Shown here: piece by piece, positions 18,877 through 29,251 of the stretch
How positions within the stretch are numbered: position 1 is the stretch's first letter
Layout: every line of letters begins with the position of its first letter
IMG/VR virus record: IMGVR_UViG_3300038803_000160
Direction: 5' to 3' (one strand)
Source: a virus
DNA length: 64,000 nt
Position numbers and translations under genes: made by a program
The notes under the pieces: generated by a model
Databases searched by the model: none
What the model saw: the letters and a program-made list of their open reading frames with translations, nothing else
What the model was told of the DNA's origin: nothing

Positions 18877-21800
18877 ATGGCCTTGGACCTGAAAATCAAC
18901 GTAGGCGATGCCAGCTCCTCGCTCGCGGCGATCAACGCGAACCTGACTACGCTCAAGACGCAGCTCGACAGCTTCAAGGGCTCCTCGTCTCTGGAGACCA
19001 CGCTCCAGCGCATCAGTCAGATGACGGGCTTCTCGAAGACCGTCTCTGACAACGTCGACAAGTTGGCGAAGGCGCTGCAGGGCCTGGAGAACGCAGGCTC
19101 TGCCGCCAACGCCTTGTCGTCTGTGTCGAAGTCGATGGAGCGCCTGGACGGCCTCAAGATCGGCACCGTCGTCACCAACATCACGCGACTGACGTCTGCG
19201 CTCAGCACGCTGCAGGCGCCGCCGAGCCTGCACCGCTTCGCCAACGATCTCAACACGATCGCGACTGCAGCCACCGCGCTGCAGGGCAAAGTCGGCACGC
19301 TGAAGTCTGCGATCAATGCGCTCAACTCACCGCCGGGTCTTCTCAAGATCGCGGACGACGCGACGAAAGCCGAAGGCAGCGTCAGCAAGCTCGCGGGCTC
19401 GATGAAGTTCCTCGGGTCGGCAACCTCCGTGGCGACCGGACTGATCGCCGGGTTCGGTATCTCCCTCGGCGGCGTAGGCATTGCACAGTTCGTGACGTCC
19501 GCGTGGGACGCGTCTCGCGCGGTGACGCAGTTCAATACGCAGCTCACGGGCGTGACCGGCTCGGGCACGATGGCGGCAGCGGAGCTGAACTACGTCAAGA
19601 CGGCAGCGATCAACATGGGCCTGCCGCTCAAGGAGGCGCTGAAGGGCTACCAGGGCCTGATGCAGGCGTTCCAGGGCAAGGAAGGCGGCGCCGAGAACGC
19701 GAAGACGATCTTCGAGGGCTTCTCGACGGCGCTGGCGGCGCTTGGTGCCAACTCCGAACAGAGCGAGCGCACGTTCCGTGCCCTGACCCAGATGGTCAAC
19801 AAGGGCAAGATCACGGCGGAAGAGTTCACCCAGCAGCTTGGTGACGGCGTCATCCCGGCGATGCGCGTCATGGAGCAGGCGACTGGTAAGTCGTCCGCCG
19901 AAATCTTCAAGTTGATGGAAGCGGGTGAGCTTGGCGTCAACGAGCTGGTCAAGATGGCGGAGACGCTGAAGCTGCGCTTCGGCCCGTCGCTCGCCGAGGC
20001 GCTGAACACGCCGATGGGCGCGATGAACCAGCTCAACTCTGCGATCGATTTGCTGAAGGCGTCGTTCGGCCAGAACATGGGCGAGGCGATGAAGGCCGGG
20101 CTGCAAGCCCTCACGCGCGCCTTCATCGAGACCAAGACGGAGGTCAACAGCGCTGGACAGACCATCACGACATTCACGGGCAACCTGACACCGTTCGGAC
20201 AGGCGATTGCCAACATCGGCACCGTCGTCGGCACGGCGTTCGGCGGCATCGCGTCCGCGATCGGCTTCCTCGGCTCGAACTGGAGCACGGTCGCCTCCGT
20301 TCTGACCGGCGTCGTCACCTACTTCGGTCTTGCGGCGACGAGCAGTGTTACATTCAGTGGAGGCCTCGGGGTCCTGGCGACGGCGGCAGGCGCCGTCGTC
20401 AAGGTGCTCGGTACGTGGCCTGCTCTCATCGGTGCCGCCGTCACTGTCATCGACATGATCGCTCAGAGCATGGGCGGCTGGACTTCGATCACGAACAGCC
20501 TGATCATGGCGTTCTACTCGCTCGGCAACGCGCTGGGCGTCATCAGTGATGAGTCCTACAACGCCGCTGTCGACCGCTACACTGAGCGCATGGCGGCGCT
20601 GAAGAATGGCACGCAGCAGACGGCGGCTGCGACGGCGGCTCTCGGCACCGCCACCGCGTCCACGGCCAGCTCGATCTCGTATGCAGGCTCGTCCGCGTCG
20701 TCCGCGTCGTCGGGCATGTCGTCGCTTGGGTCTTCCACGAAGGCGGCTGCCGATGGCTTCGCCAGCCTCAACGCCGTGTCTCCGCAGTTGGAGGCCGGGC
20801 TCGACGCTGTCGCGACTGGCGGCAACGATCTCAACACCATGCTTGGCTTCGTTTCGTCGTCGTCGACCGAGGCGAGCTTCGGCATGAACAAGCTCGACGC
20901 GGCGGGCACCAGCCTCGACACACATCTGGGCAGCGCGGCCGACAGAGGCAACCGCTTCAGCGGCATCATCACGAAGACCGGCGACGCGTCCTCGAAGGCG
21001 TCGACCGGCATCGACAAGACCGCGACCAGCGTCAACTCGGTGGCGACCAGCGCCAGCGAGGCGTCTACACCGATGAGCACGGTGTCGGACAAGATGCAGG
21101 GTGTCGCCTCGTCGGCGAACACGGCGTCCGAGCAGGCTTCGGGTCTGGCGGGCGGCATCAGCCGCTCCGCGAGCGCTGCGTCGGGCGCTATCGGCTCGAT
21201 CGATGCTCTCGCCGAGGCCTACGGTCGGCTTGCCAAAGCGGCGTCGGCTGCTAAGGCGGCGCAAGGCGGAGGCGATGCGGGCGGAGACGCGGAGTTCGGC
21301 AGCGGCGCTGGCGGCGGCATCGTTGGCGCGCTCCCGCGCTCACAGACCGCGTCCTTCAGCGCCTTCGCGAATGCCCCGAGCTTCGCGGGCGGTACGGCGA
21401 ACACCAACAACTACTCAGCGACGCTTCCTGGCGGCGGCATTCCCTCGATCCTGCACGCCAACGAAGCGGTCGTTCCGCTGACGGGTGGTGGCTCGATCCC
21501 GGTCGAGGGCGGGGGCGGTGCGACGACCACGAGCGGCGGTCCGTCGCCGATCATGATGGAGCTGCTGACGTTGGCGCAGCTCGACTACACGCTGCAGGGC
21601 GAGATCAAGGTCGAGCTGTACCGCATCTGGGAGTCCATCGACCTGTTCATGACGGTGTCGAAGGAGCACTGGACGAAGGTCGATGCCGATCACCTGCAGA
21701 TGATCAATCATCTCGGCGTGATCCGCACCGCGATGCTGTTGGAGAACTCGTATTCAGCGGCGATGATCACTGCGATCGAGGCCCTGCCCGCGAAAATGGA

Positions 21801-22497
21801 CGGCGTGATCTCAGCGATCGACACCATGCGCACGTCGCTGGAGGCGTCCCTGTCCAGCATGGCGTCGGCGATGAACTCCATGTCGTCGAACATGAGCAGC
21901 AGCTCCACTACGTCGTCGAGCAGTGCGACCCCCAGTTCCACCTCGTCGTCTGCAACGACTTCGGCAAGCACGACCACGAGCACGACGTCCTCTGCCAACT
22001 CTGGCGCCTTCAACCAGGGCAACCCCAACGGCAACGACCAAGGCGTTCTGCGACAGAACGGCAAGATCATTGCGATCCAGAACGAGGACGGTGTGTGGAC
22101 CGGCAAGTTCGCCCAGGCGTCCTTCGCGACCGGCTCGCCGAACGCTTGGCGCGATGTACGCGGCCTTCCGCACTACGCCGACGGCACGCCGAGCACGAGC
22201 GCTGACGGCAGCGGCGGCTTCCCGGCGATCCTGCACCCCGACGAGGCGGTGATCCCGCTCCCCGACGGTCGCACGGTTCCGGTGACCTTCACCAACGGCA
22301 TGGAGACGGGCGGCGGCGGGTCCGGCGAGAGCAAGGTCGTGATCAACGTCAACATGCAGGTTGACGCGAAGGACGCGTCGTCGTTCGCGGCCTCGAAGAA
22401 GCAAATGATGCAGGAGCTTGAGGCCGAGCTGAAGAAGACCGCGCGCAAGATCGGCGTCGTGTCTGCGGAAGACGACCCGACGATGAGGGTGTCGTAA
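18877..22497 (+). CDS. tape measure protein
   Basis: 1206 aa, Ala/Ser-rich; ALTQMVNKGKITAEEFTQQLGD tape-measure domain. Confidence 0.92.
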   Translation: MALDLKINVGDASSSLAAINANLTTLKTQLDSFKGSSSLETTLQRISQMTGFSKTVSDNVDKLAKALQGLENAGSAANALSSVSKSMERLDGLKIGTVVTNITRLTSALSTLQAPPSLHRFANDLNTIATAATALQGKVGTLKSAINALNSPPGLLKIADDATKAEGSVSKLAGSMKFLGSATSVATGLIAGFGISLGGVGIAQFVTSAWDASRAVTQFNTQLTGVTGSGTMAAAELNYVKTAAINMGLPLKEALKGYQGLMQAFQGKEGGAENAKTIFEGFSTALAALGANSEQSERTFRALTQMVNKGKITAEEFTQQLGDGVIPAMRVMEQATGKSSAEIFKLMEAGELGVNELVKMAETLKLRFGPSLAEALNTPMGAMNQLNSAIDLLKASFGQNMGEAMKAGLQALTRAFIETKTEVNSAGQTITTFTGNLTPFGQAIANIGTVVGTAFGGIASAIGFLGSNWSTVASVLTGVVTYFGLAATSSVTFSGGLGVLATAAGAVVKVLGTWPALIGAAVTVIDMIAQSMGGWTSITNSLIMAFYSLGNALGVISDESYNAAVDRYTERMAALKNGTQQTAAATAALGTATASTASSISYAGSSASSASSGMSSLGSSTKAAADGFASLNAVSPQLEAGLDAVATGGNDLNTMLGFVSSSSTEASFGMNKLDAAGTSLDTHLGSAADRGNRFSGIITKTGDASSKASTGIDKTATSVNSVATSASEASTPMSTVSDKMQGVASSANTASEQASGLAGGISRSASAASGAIGSIDALAEAYGRLAKAASAAKAAQGGGDAGGDAEFGSGAGGGIVGALPRSQTASFSAFANAPSFAGGTANTNNYSATLPGGGIPSILHANEAVVPLTGGGSIPVEGGGGATTTSGGPSPIMMELLTLAQLDYTLQGEIKVELYRIWESIDLFMTVSKEHWTKVDADHLQMINHLGVIRTAMLLENSYSAAMITAIEALPAKMDGVISAIDTMRTSLEASLSSMASAMNSMSSNMSSSSTTSSSSATPSSTSSSATTSASTTTSTTSSANSGAFNQGNPNGNDQGVLRQNGKIIAIQNEDGVWTGKFAQASFATGSPNAWRDVRGLPHYADGTPSTSADGSGGFPAILHPDEAVIPLPDGRTVPVTFTNGMETGGGGSGESKVVINVNMQVDAKDASSFAASKKQMMQELEAELKKTARKIGVVSAEDDPTMRVS

Positions 22498-25400
22498 TGG
22501 CAGACGAAATCTGGATCGAATGGGGCGAGCCGACCTACGGTCGAAAGCAGTGTCGCCAGACGAACTGGTGGGCGCCTGCCGATGGCTCGCGCGCCGTCAA
22601 TCCGCTGATCTTCGGCTTCACGTACTGTGCCCCGACGCCGACGGACACGGCGCCGCAGAAGGACTACGACGAGGACACCAACGCAGGCAACGTTGGCAAC
22701 GACTACTCGCCGATCACGATCACGGCGGGCGAGCCGTCGTGGTCGCAGTCCGCCTACGGCGTCTTCATCCCGATCGTGTTCGGCGCGGATCGTCTGCCGG
22801 GCAACGTGTTCTGGGCGTCGCCGTTCGAGGAGCGCAGCTTTACCGCCGACAACAAGGTCTACACCTACTACACCTGCAACTTCGCGCTCGGCATCTGTGA
22901 GGGTGAGATCGGCGCCATCCTGCGCGTGTGGGTGGGTGACAAGCTCGTCATCAACAACACCCAGGACGTCGACAACGACGGCGTCGTGGCGCCGAACGCT
23001 GACGGCTACGTCGGCTCCGCGCAGATCGACTTGCTGGACGAGGACAGCCCGTTCAAGCAGCTCCCGAACGAGGACCGCACGACGACGATCTCTGCCTTCG
23101 TTGGCAGCGAGACGCAAATCCCGCGCGGCATCATGGCGGAAGAGGAGGGCTACGAGAACACGCCCGCCTATCGCGGGCTCAGCTACCTCCTGTTCGAGAA
23201 CTTCATCGCCAACGGCACCATCCCCTCGATCACTGTCGAGGTGCTGTCGAACGCGACCGGCCTCTACCCGCGCCTCTACTGGGAGTTCACGTCGCCGAAG
23301 GTCACCTTCGACGCGCTGATCGACAGCGACTGGCTGCACTACAACGCCGAGTACGACCGCTATCTGGTCCGAGGCCGCGACAGCGCGGACAGCTCGAAGC
23401 GCGGCTTCGTGTGGATCGACGGCAACACGCTGGAGGAAGTCTCTCAGCTCGAAATGGTGACGAGGCACGGCCTCGACGAGACCCAGTTCAACAACTCGAA
23501 CGGCTGTCTCACGCCGACGGGACACATCGTCATGCTCACCCAGGTGGGCAACGCGGGCACCGTGCGCGTCATCAACGGCGAGACGGGCGCGATCGATGAC
23601 GAGCTGGGCCCGGGTGGCGGTCTCTCGGGCCACGTCATCGACGAGGGCTTCGGCGCCCCGGCCTACGGCGTCGTCACGGCGGGCCGCAACCCGTTCACGC
23701 AGTTGCCGCAGCAGGTGTTGTGCGTCACCGGCAGCGCCAACAAGTCGATCGGCTTCGCGACCATCGACACCAAGAACCGCATCAAGATGCGGTCGACGCT
23801 GAACAACCTGCTGACCTACACGAACCATCTTCTGTGTCCTCTCGTCATCGGCTCGGACTTCGCGAACGCGAAGCCGTCGTTCGTGGATGGGCTCAGCACC
23901 GAGGGCTCGCACGTCTACTTCTTCTCGTGGACGTCGAGCGACAAGACCAAGATCGCCGTCCAGCGCGCGACGCACTGGGCAGCGAACGGGCGCGCCAACG
24001 TCAACAACCCCGAGCTGACCGACATCACCAACGGCATCCCGGCGGACCAGCTCAGCGGCACCGGCTACACGCATCAGGTCCGCTGGGTCGCGCTCGATCC
24101 GGTCGACAATTGCTTCGTGCTCCAGGTCGCCACCCAGGTCGGCACGAACCTGATCGTGAAGTGGTCGCCCTTCACCGGCAACGTGCTGTGGAAGGTGCCG
24201 CTGACGACGCTGTCGTCCATCACGCCGCACGTCAATAATCATCTGCTCGCCTCGCAGAAGATCGGCGTCTACTCCTCGAACAAGGCCTACGTCATCAACA
24301 CGGCGGACGGGACCTACTCCGAGGTCATCTCGTCGCTGGGGCCGCAGGGCCTCCCGACTGCGCTCAGCGGTCGCACGTTCTACAACGGCGCCGACAACTC
24401 GCTGGTGTGGCTGTCCTCGACCAGTGGCAAGCGGATGTCCAAGGTGCTGTTGGAGCGCATCTCGCGCTCAACGGTGACCGTGTCCTCGATCGTCGAGAAC
24501 CTGCTGCAGCGCATCGGCATCACGTCCGATCTGCTCGTCATCGACGATCTCACTGCGCTCGCGCTCGACGGCTACACCGTCAACGCGCGCAAGTCGCTGC
24601 GTACGATCTTCTCCGAGCTGGCTCAGGTCTTCCTGTTCGACATCTACGAGTCCGACAACCGGATCAACTACCGCTCGCGTGGCTCGTCCTCGGTGGCGAC
24701 CATTCCGACATCGGACCTTCAAATGTCCGACGAGGAAGGCTGGCTCAAGGCAGGCGGCAACGAGGACTTCTCACGTTCGAGGAAGATCAACCTCACCTAC
24801 CGGGACATAGATCGCGAGTACAGCAACGGCGTGCAGTCATTCGCGCTTCCGAAGTACCAGGACACCCCGTTCGACAGCGACAGCGCGATCGACGTCACCG
24901 TTCCGATGGTGCTCGACGCCGACAGCGCGCGTCTGCTCGCCGAAATCCTGATGTACTCGAAGCTCGTGTACCAGGAGCAATACGAGTTCACTGCCGCTCC
25001 TAAGCACCTCCGTCTGGACCCGTCCGATGTGATCACGATCACGTCGCCGAACGAGGACAACATCACGGCGCGTGTGCGCGTGACGGAGATCGGCAACGAC
25101 CGCACCGTCAAGGTCACCGCGTCTCGCGAGGACCCTGACATCTATACCGACACGGTCGATCTGTTCGGCGCGACCGGGCGCTACGTGCGCGACGAGATCA
25201 CGCCGCTCGACCCGCGCGTCGATCCGCTGCTGATGCAGATCGCCGGGCGCACGCAGGGTGAGATCGCGGCCTCGACGACGAACAACCTGCTGTTCTTGAC
25301 GCTGCTCAATCGCAAGTCGACGGTGCCTCCGACCAAGCCGATCACCGTGGCGTTCGACAACGGCGCCGCCCAGTACACGTTCAACCCGCCGACGGCGTTC

Positions 25401-26234
25401 CCGACCTGGGGCTTCGTCGAGGAGCCGCTGATCGCTACGCCCGCGTGGTCGTCGACCGACTTCACGTCGGACCTGACCATCAAGCTGATCCACACGGGCG
25501 AGCTTGCCCTGGAGAGCGCGTCGTCGCTCGAAGACCTGATCGACGACGAGAGCATCAACCTCGCCTACTGTGGCGGCGAGCTGATCCAGTTCCAGACCGT
25601 CACCTCACTGGGTGGCGGGCGGTATCTCCTGAAGAACATCAACCGCGCCAAGTTCGGCAACGAGGATGCTGTCTTCCAGCACCGGTCCGGCGAGCCGTTC
25701 GTGCTGCTCTCGGGTGCGGCAGGCACGTTCGACACCGCAGCCATCATGGCGAAGGTGATCCCGCGCGGGACCCAGATCGGGCGTCTCGCCGAGGTGCGCG
25801 TGTCGTCGAACAATCCCAATCAGGCGACGGCGCCCGAGGGCTGGATCGGCGTCAACCTGCGCGCCCGGGCGGTGACCCATCTGGTCGCCGAGTACGGAGT
25901 GTCGGACCTGACCGTGTCGTGGCAGCGGAATTCCCGCTACGGCAACAACGAGTGGCCCGACGACGGCGCCGAGGACTGGGAAGAGACCGAGCCAGAGGAG
26001 TACACGCTCTATCTGACCACGGACATCGACAACTTCGAGATCATCGACGCGACCACGTACCTGCGTACGGTCGTCGTGACGACGAACTCGTACGTTTACG
26101 ATGCAGCGACCCAGACCGCCGACGGGTTTGACAGAACGACCGAGAACCTTTATGTGATCATCAGTCACTCTGGCTCCTCCTTCGGCGAGCCGTTCGGACT
26201 GGATCGTATCCTCAAGGTGCCGCCGCAGGCTTAG
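22497..26234 (+). CDS. tail tip/host-specificity protein (GTA megatron-like)
   Basis: YG..IPIVFG..RLPGNVFWA, FALGICEGEI, PAYRGLSY, ELIQF..L..R..FG, GEPFVLL. Confidence 0.85.
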   Translation: MADEIWIEWGEPTYGRKQCRQTNWWAPADGSRAVNPLIFGFTYCAPTPTDTAPQKDYDEDTNAGNVGNDYSPITITAGEPSWSQSAYGVFIPIVFGADRLPGNVFWASPFEERSFTADNKVYTYYTCNFALGICEGEIGAILRVWVGDKLVINNTQDVDNDGVVAPNADGYVGSAQIDLLDEDSPFKQLPNEDRTTTISAFVGSETQIPRGIMAEEEGYENTPAYRGLSYLLFENFIANGTIPSITVEVLSNATGLYPRLYWEFTSPKVTFDALIDSDWLHYNAEYDRYLVRGRDSADSSKRGFVWIDGNTLEEVSQLEMVTRHGLDETQFNNSNGCLTPTGHIVMLTQVGNAGTVRVINGETGAIDDELGPGGGLSGHVIDEGFGAPAYGVVTAGRNPFTQLPQQVLCVTGSANKSIGFATIDTKNRIKMRSTLNNLLTYTNHLLCPLVIGSDFANAKPSFVDGLSTEGSHVYFFSWTSSDKTKIAVQRATHWAANGRANVNNPELTDITNGIPADQLSGTGYTHQVRWVALDPVDNCFVLQVATQVGTNLIVKWSPFTGNVLWKVPLTTLSSITPHVNNHLLASQKIGVYSSNKAYVINTADGTYSEVISSLGPQGLPTALSGRTFYNGADNSLVWLSSTSGKRMSKVLLERISRSTVTVSSIVENLLQRIGITSDLLVIDDLTALALDGYTVNARKSLRTIFSELAQVFLFDIYESDNRINYRSRGSSSVATIPTSDLQMSDEEGWLKAGGNEDFSRSRKINLTYRDIDREYSNGVQSFALPKYQDTPFDSDSAIDVTVPMVLDADSARLLAEILMYSKLVYQEQYEFTAAPKHLRLDPSDVITITSPNEDNITARVRVTEIGNDRTVKVTASREDPDIYTDTVDLFGATGRYVRDEITPLDPRVDPLLMQIAGRTQGEIAASTTNNLLFLTLLNRKSTVPPTKPITVAFDNGAAQYTFNPPTAFPTWGFVEEPLIATPAWSSTDFTSDLTIKLIHTGELALESASSLEDLIDDESINLAYCGGELIQFQTVTSLGGGRYLLKNINRAKFGNEDAVFQHRSGEPFVLLSGAAGTFDTAAIMAKVIPRGTQIGRLAEVRVSSNNPNQATAPEGWIGVNLRARAVTHLVAEYGVSDLTVSWQRNSRYGNNEWPDDGAEDWEETEPEEYTLYLTTDIDNFEIIDATTYLRTVVVTTNSYVYDAATQTADGFDRTTENLYVIISHSGSSFGEPFGLDRILKVPPQA

Positions 26235-26271
26235 TCTGCCTGGAGACGTCAGCGAGAGTCACGGAGCGACT

Positions 26272-27015
26272 ATGAGCAATACCCCTCTACTCGACATCCC
26301 TGAGGTCGGCGCCACTCAGAATAACAAGGCGACGACCGTCAACAACGCGATCAACGCGTTGGAGCAGGCGATGAACAAGGGTCGGGCGATCACCGCGATC
26401 GGCACAGGCCCGGCGACCATCACCGAGTCTCAGTTGGTCCGGAACGCACTGTTCCGTCTGCAGGGCGCGAGCGCGAACTTCGACTTCGAAATCCCCTCGA
26501 CCGTCAACAGCATCACCACCGAGCGCGTCTTCGCGGTGCGCAACGAGACGAGCTACGTCGCGACCATCAAGGCGTCGACCGGCTCGGGCGCTGAAGTGGA
26601 GCTGTCGGCGGGTAAGCAGGGCATCTTCTACATGCTCGACGAGGACGTCTACCTCGTCGCGCTGTCGGGTGACACGACCGCCGTCTACGACTTCGGCTTC
26701 TACTACAACGGCCTTCCGCCGGACAACGCCGAGCTGATGAAGATCGTCGCGGTGCGCGCGTTCGACGTCGGCGCCAACCTCTCCGGATTTCGCGGACACT
26801 GCGCCGTCAACCCGACGGCGTCCGCAGCCTTCACCGTGGCGAAGAACGGCTCGACCGTCGCCACCATCACCGTCTCGACCGGCGGATCGTTCTCCGCCTC
26901 GGGTAGCGCCTTCAGCGTCGCCGCAGGCGATCGGATCAGCATCACTGCTCCGTCGCCACAAGACGCCACGTTGGCGAACGTCTCCATCATGATCGCAGGC
27001 ACGAGGGCTCTGTAA
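26272..27015 (+). CDS. tail fibre/adaptor (DUF2793-like N terminus)
   Basis: TPLLDIPE..Q.NK.TTVN.A..ALE. Confidence 0.6.
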   Translation: MSNTPLLDIPEVGATQNNKATTVNNAINALEQAMNKGRAITAIGTGPATITESQLVRNALFRLQGASANFDFEIPSTVNSITTERVFAVRNETSYVATIKASTGSGAEVELSAGKQGIFYMLDEDVYLVALSGDTTAVYDFGFYYNGLPPDNAELMKIVAVRAFDVGANLSGFRGHCAVNPTASAAFTVAKNGSTVATITVSTGGSFSASGSAFSVAAGDRISITAPSPQDATLANVSIMIAGTRAL

Positions 27016-27242
27016 TGGCGCGTTATCAGCAGGACGGCTTGGCCGTCATTCTCTTCCCAGTTCTTCTCGCCGCCGCCGTGGCGCTCGCCGGGTGGGTCAC
27101 GCACGTCATCTGGGCGATCCGCATGCTCGCCAACGAGAAGGGTGCCACGATGGGCCAGATGGTCCTCGCGGGTATCGGCGCCTTCATGCCGCCGATCGGC
27201 ACCATTCACGGCTGGATGATCTGGTTCGGAGCGGGGTTCTGA
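27015..27242 (+). CDS. small membrane protein
   Basis: Two hydrophobic helices; PIGTIHGW motif. Confidence 0.6.
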   Translation: MARYQQDGLAVILFPVLLAAAVALAGWVTHVIWAIRMLANEKGATMGQMVLAGIGAFMPPIGTIHGWMIWFGAGF

Positions 27243-27574
27243 TGTCGATCGACCGTCAACGCGTCGAGGCGGTGAACCTTCTCATGGAGAAGGGCTACCG
27301 CTTCGCCGATGGAAAGTGGGTGGCGCCTGAGACGGCGATCCCGTTGGTCCCTGCGCAGCCTGCGCCGTCTGTGTCGACTGTAAGCGGCTGCTCCCGTCAT
27401 GGTGCTGCGAACCTCTACTCTCACCTGCGGTACCAGGACCCACAGTTCGCGTCCGAGATGGATGCCCTGTTCGACGCTATTTTCAAGACTGGGCAGAATG
27501 CGGGTCCGCTCTTCAGAACCTCGGACCGCTTCTTCAACATCCTGAGTGACGCCTTCATAAGGGCCACCACCTGA
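27242..27574 (+). CDS. hypothetical protein
   Basis: TGATG coupling on both sides. Confidence 0.6.
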   Translation: MSIDRQRVEAVNLLMEKGYRFADGKWVAPETAIPLVPAQPAPSVSTVSGCSRHGAANLYSHLRYQDPQFASEMDALFDAIFKTGQNAGPLFRTSDRFFNILSDAFIRATT

Positions 27575-28599
27575 TGTCTCTTCTCGTCGCCGATGGCTTC
27601 GACATCTATTCCTCCCTCGCGCGTGTCAACGGCGCGGGCTGGAATACCGCGTCCGGCATCTCGTTCTCGTCGTCCCTGGGACGGTACGGCGGTGGCTGCC
27701 TCGTCAACACCCTGCAGGCTAACTACGCCTATATCGGTCTGCCCGCGACGATGACGCGCGGACACGTCTGCTATGTGGGCTGGGCCTACAAGCACGATGG
27801 TGGCGGCGGCGCGTCTGATCAAATCCTGCGCGGCATCACCGTCGGCGGCAACCAGCTCTTCGGCCTTCGTCACAACACGACGGGAGACGTCACTGCCCTC
27901 GACGCCAACGGCACGGGCGTCGGCACGTCTTCGGGCAATCCGCTGACGCCGAACGTGTGGCACTGGATCGAGGTCAAGGTCACCACCGGCACCAACGCTA
28001 CGTCGGGCGAGATCGAGGTACGCATCGACGGCAACGTGGTGCTGACGTCGGCGTCAAACATCGACACCCACGACGCCGACAGCGGCCTCGCCGCGATCGG
28101 GTTCTCGGGCTCGAACGGCAACGCCTGGATCGACGACGTCATCATCAACGACAACCAGGGCAGCTCGATGACGGGCTACGTCGGCGACAGCCGCATCAAC
28201 GTGCTGCGCGTTAACGGCGCTGGCACCGACAGCGGCTGGACCGGCGGCGACACCGACATCGACGACACGCTCGGCGCGGCGGACGACGACAGCACCTACA
28301 TCTCCGCCACGTCGGCGTCGACTAAGGAAGGGTTCGCGATGGAAAACCTAGCGGTCAACCCGACGTCGATCCACGCCCTGGTCGCGCGCGTCCTGGCACG
28401 TAAGTCTGACGCCGGTCCGAAGACCATGCGCGCCTACTGCGAGGTGAGTGGCAGCGAGGCGGCGGGCACCACGCGGGCCCTGCAGACGGACTACGTCTGG
28501 CACCGCATGGGCATCTTCTACACCAACCCCAACACGACGGCGGCGTGGACGCAGGCGGGCGTGAACGCTGCCGAGCTTGGCGTGGAGGTGATCTCGTGA
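27574..28599 (+). CDS. virion protein, lectin/LamG-like (paralog 1)
   Basis: WHWIEVKV..EVRIDG..IDD; C-terminal NPNTTAAW..AAELGV. Confidence 0.65.
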   Translation: MSLLVADGFDIYSSLARVNGAGWNTASGISFSSSLGRYGGGCLVNTLQANYAYIGLPATMTRGHVCYVGWAYKHDGGGGASDQILRGITVGGNQLFGLRHNTTGDVTALDANGTGVGTSSGNPLTPNVWHWIEVKVTTGTNATSGEIEVRIDGNVVLTSASNIDTHDADSGLAAIGFSGSNGNAWIDDVIINDNQGSSMTGYVGDSRINVLRVNGAGTDSGWTGGDTDIDDTLGAADDDSTYISATSASTKEGFAMENLAVNPTSIHALVARVLARKSDAGPKTMRAYCEVSGSEAAGTTRALQTDYVWHRMGIFYTNPNTTAAWTQAGVNAAELGVEVIS

Positions 28600-29042
28600 C
28601 GCCGGTCAAGCAGACGATCAAGCACGATCCGACCAAGGGCCAGTACGGCGACTGTCATCGCGCCGCAATCGCGACGGTTCTCGATCTCCCGATTGAGGAC
28701 GTGCCGCACTTCGTGCACGACGACTGTTCTCCGGAGGAGTTCTGCAGGCGTGAGAGAGCGTTCCTTGCGCAGCACGGGCTGACGTCGCTGCATTTTGCGT
28801 ATCAAGCTCCCGATCTGCAAACGATCCTGGATACCGTTGCGGCGTTCAACGGGCAGGACACGGTCTATCTCGTTGGCGGTCTCAGCCCGCGTGGCGTCAA
28901 TCACAGCGTCGTCGCTCGCGGCAACGCGCTTGTCCACGATCCGTCGCCGAATGACGGCTTCCTTGTCGGCCCGTGCGACGACGGCTGGTGGTGGCTAACT
29001 TTCTTTGGCTCCACCCGCGTGAACGCGAAGGAAGCCGCATAA
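28596..29042 (+). CDS. papain-fold (C39-like) peptidase-like protein
   Basis: Q..GDCHRAAIA..L, HSVV, HDPS triad-like pattern. Confidence 0.45.
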   Translation: MTPVKQTIKHDPTKGQYGDCHRAAIATVLDLPIEDVPHFVHDDCSPEEFCRRERAFLAQHGLTSLHFAYQAPDLQTILDTVAAFNGQDTVYLVGGLSPRGVNHSVVARGNALVHDPSPNDGFLVGPCDDGWWWLTFFGSTRVNAKEAA

Positions 29043-29248
29043 TGGCAGCACGGGTCACACAGCAAGTCGTCACCGTCGGCTACACGCCCGCTCCCGAGGC
29101 GCGCGTCACTGCCGCGTCCTACGAGGTGGTGAACACGGGCGCCCCCGAGGCGCGCGTGACGATGGCGGTCTACGAGGTCATCCGGTCGGTCGCGGAGACC
29201 GCAGGCGGCGGGTCGAACCAGACCGTCACCTTCGTTATCATGAGCTGA
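29042..29248 (+). CDS. small virion protein with ARVT repeats
   Basis: ARVT three times; TAATG coupling. Confidence 0.55.
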   Translation: MAARVTQQVVTVGYTPAPEARVTAASYEVVNTGAPEARVTMAVYEVIRSVAETAGGGSNQTVTFVIMS

Positions 29249-29251
29249 TCC

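Noticed and set aside
19327..24242. Very long antisense ORFs (also 38740-40854, 46080-47603, 7537-8865)
   Set aside because: Shadow frames of GC3-biased genes with no recognisable motifs.
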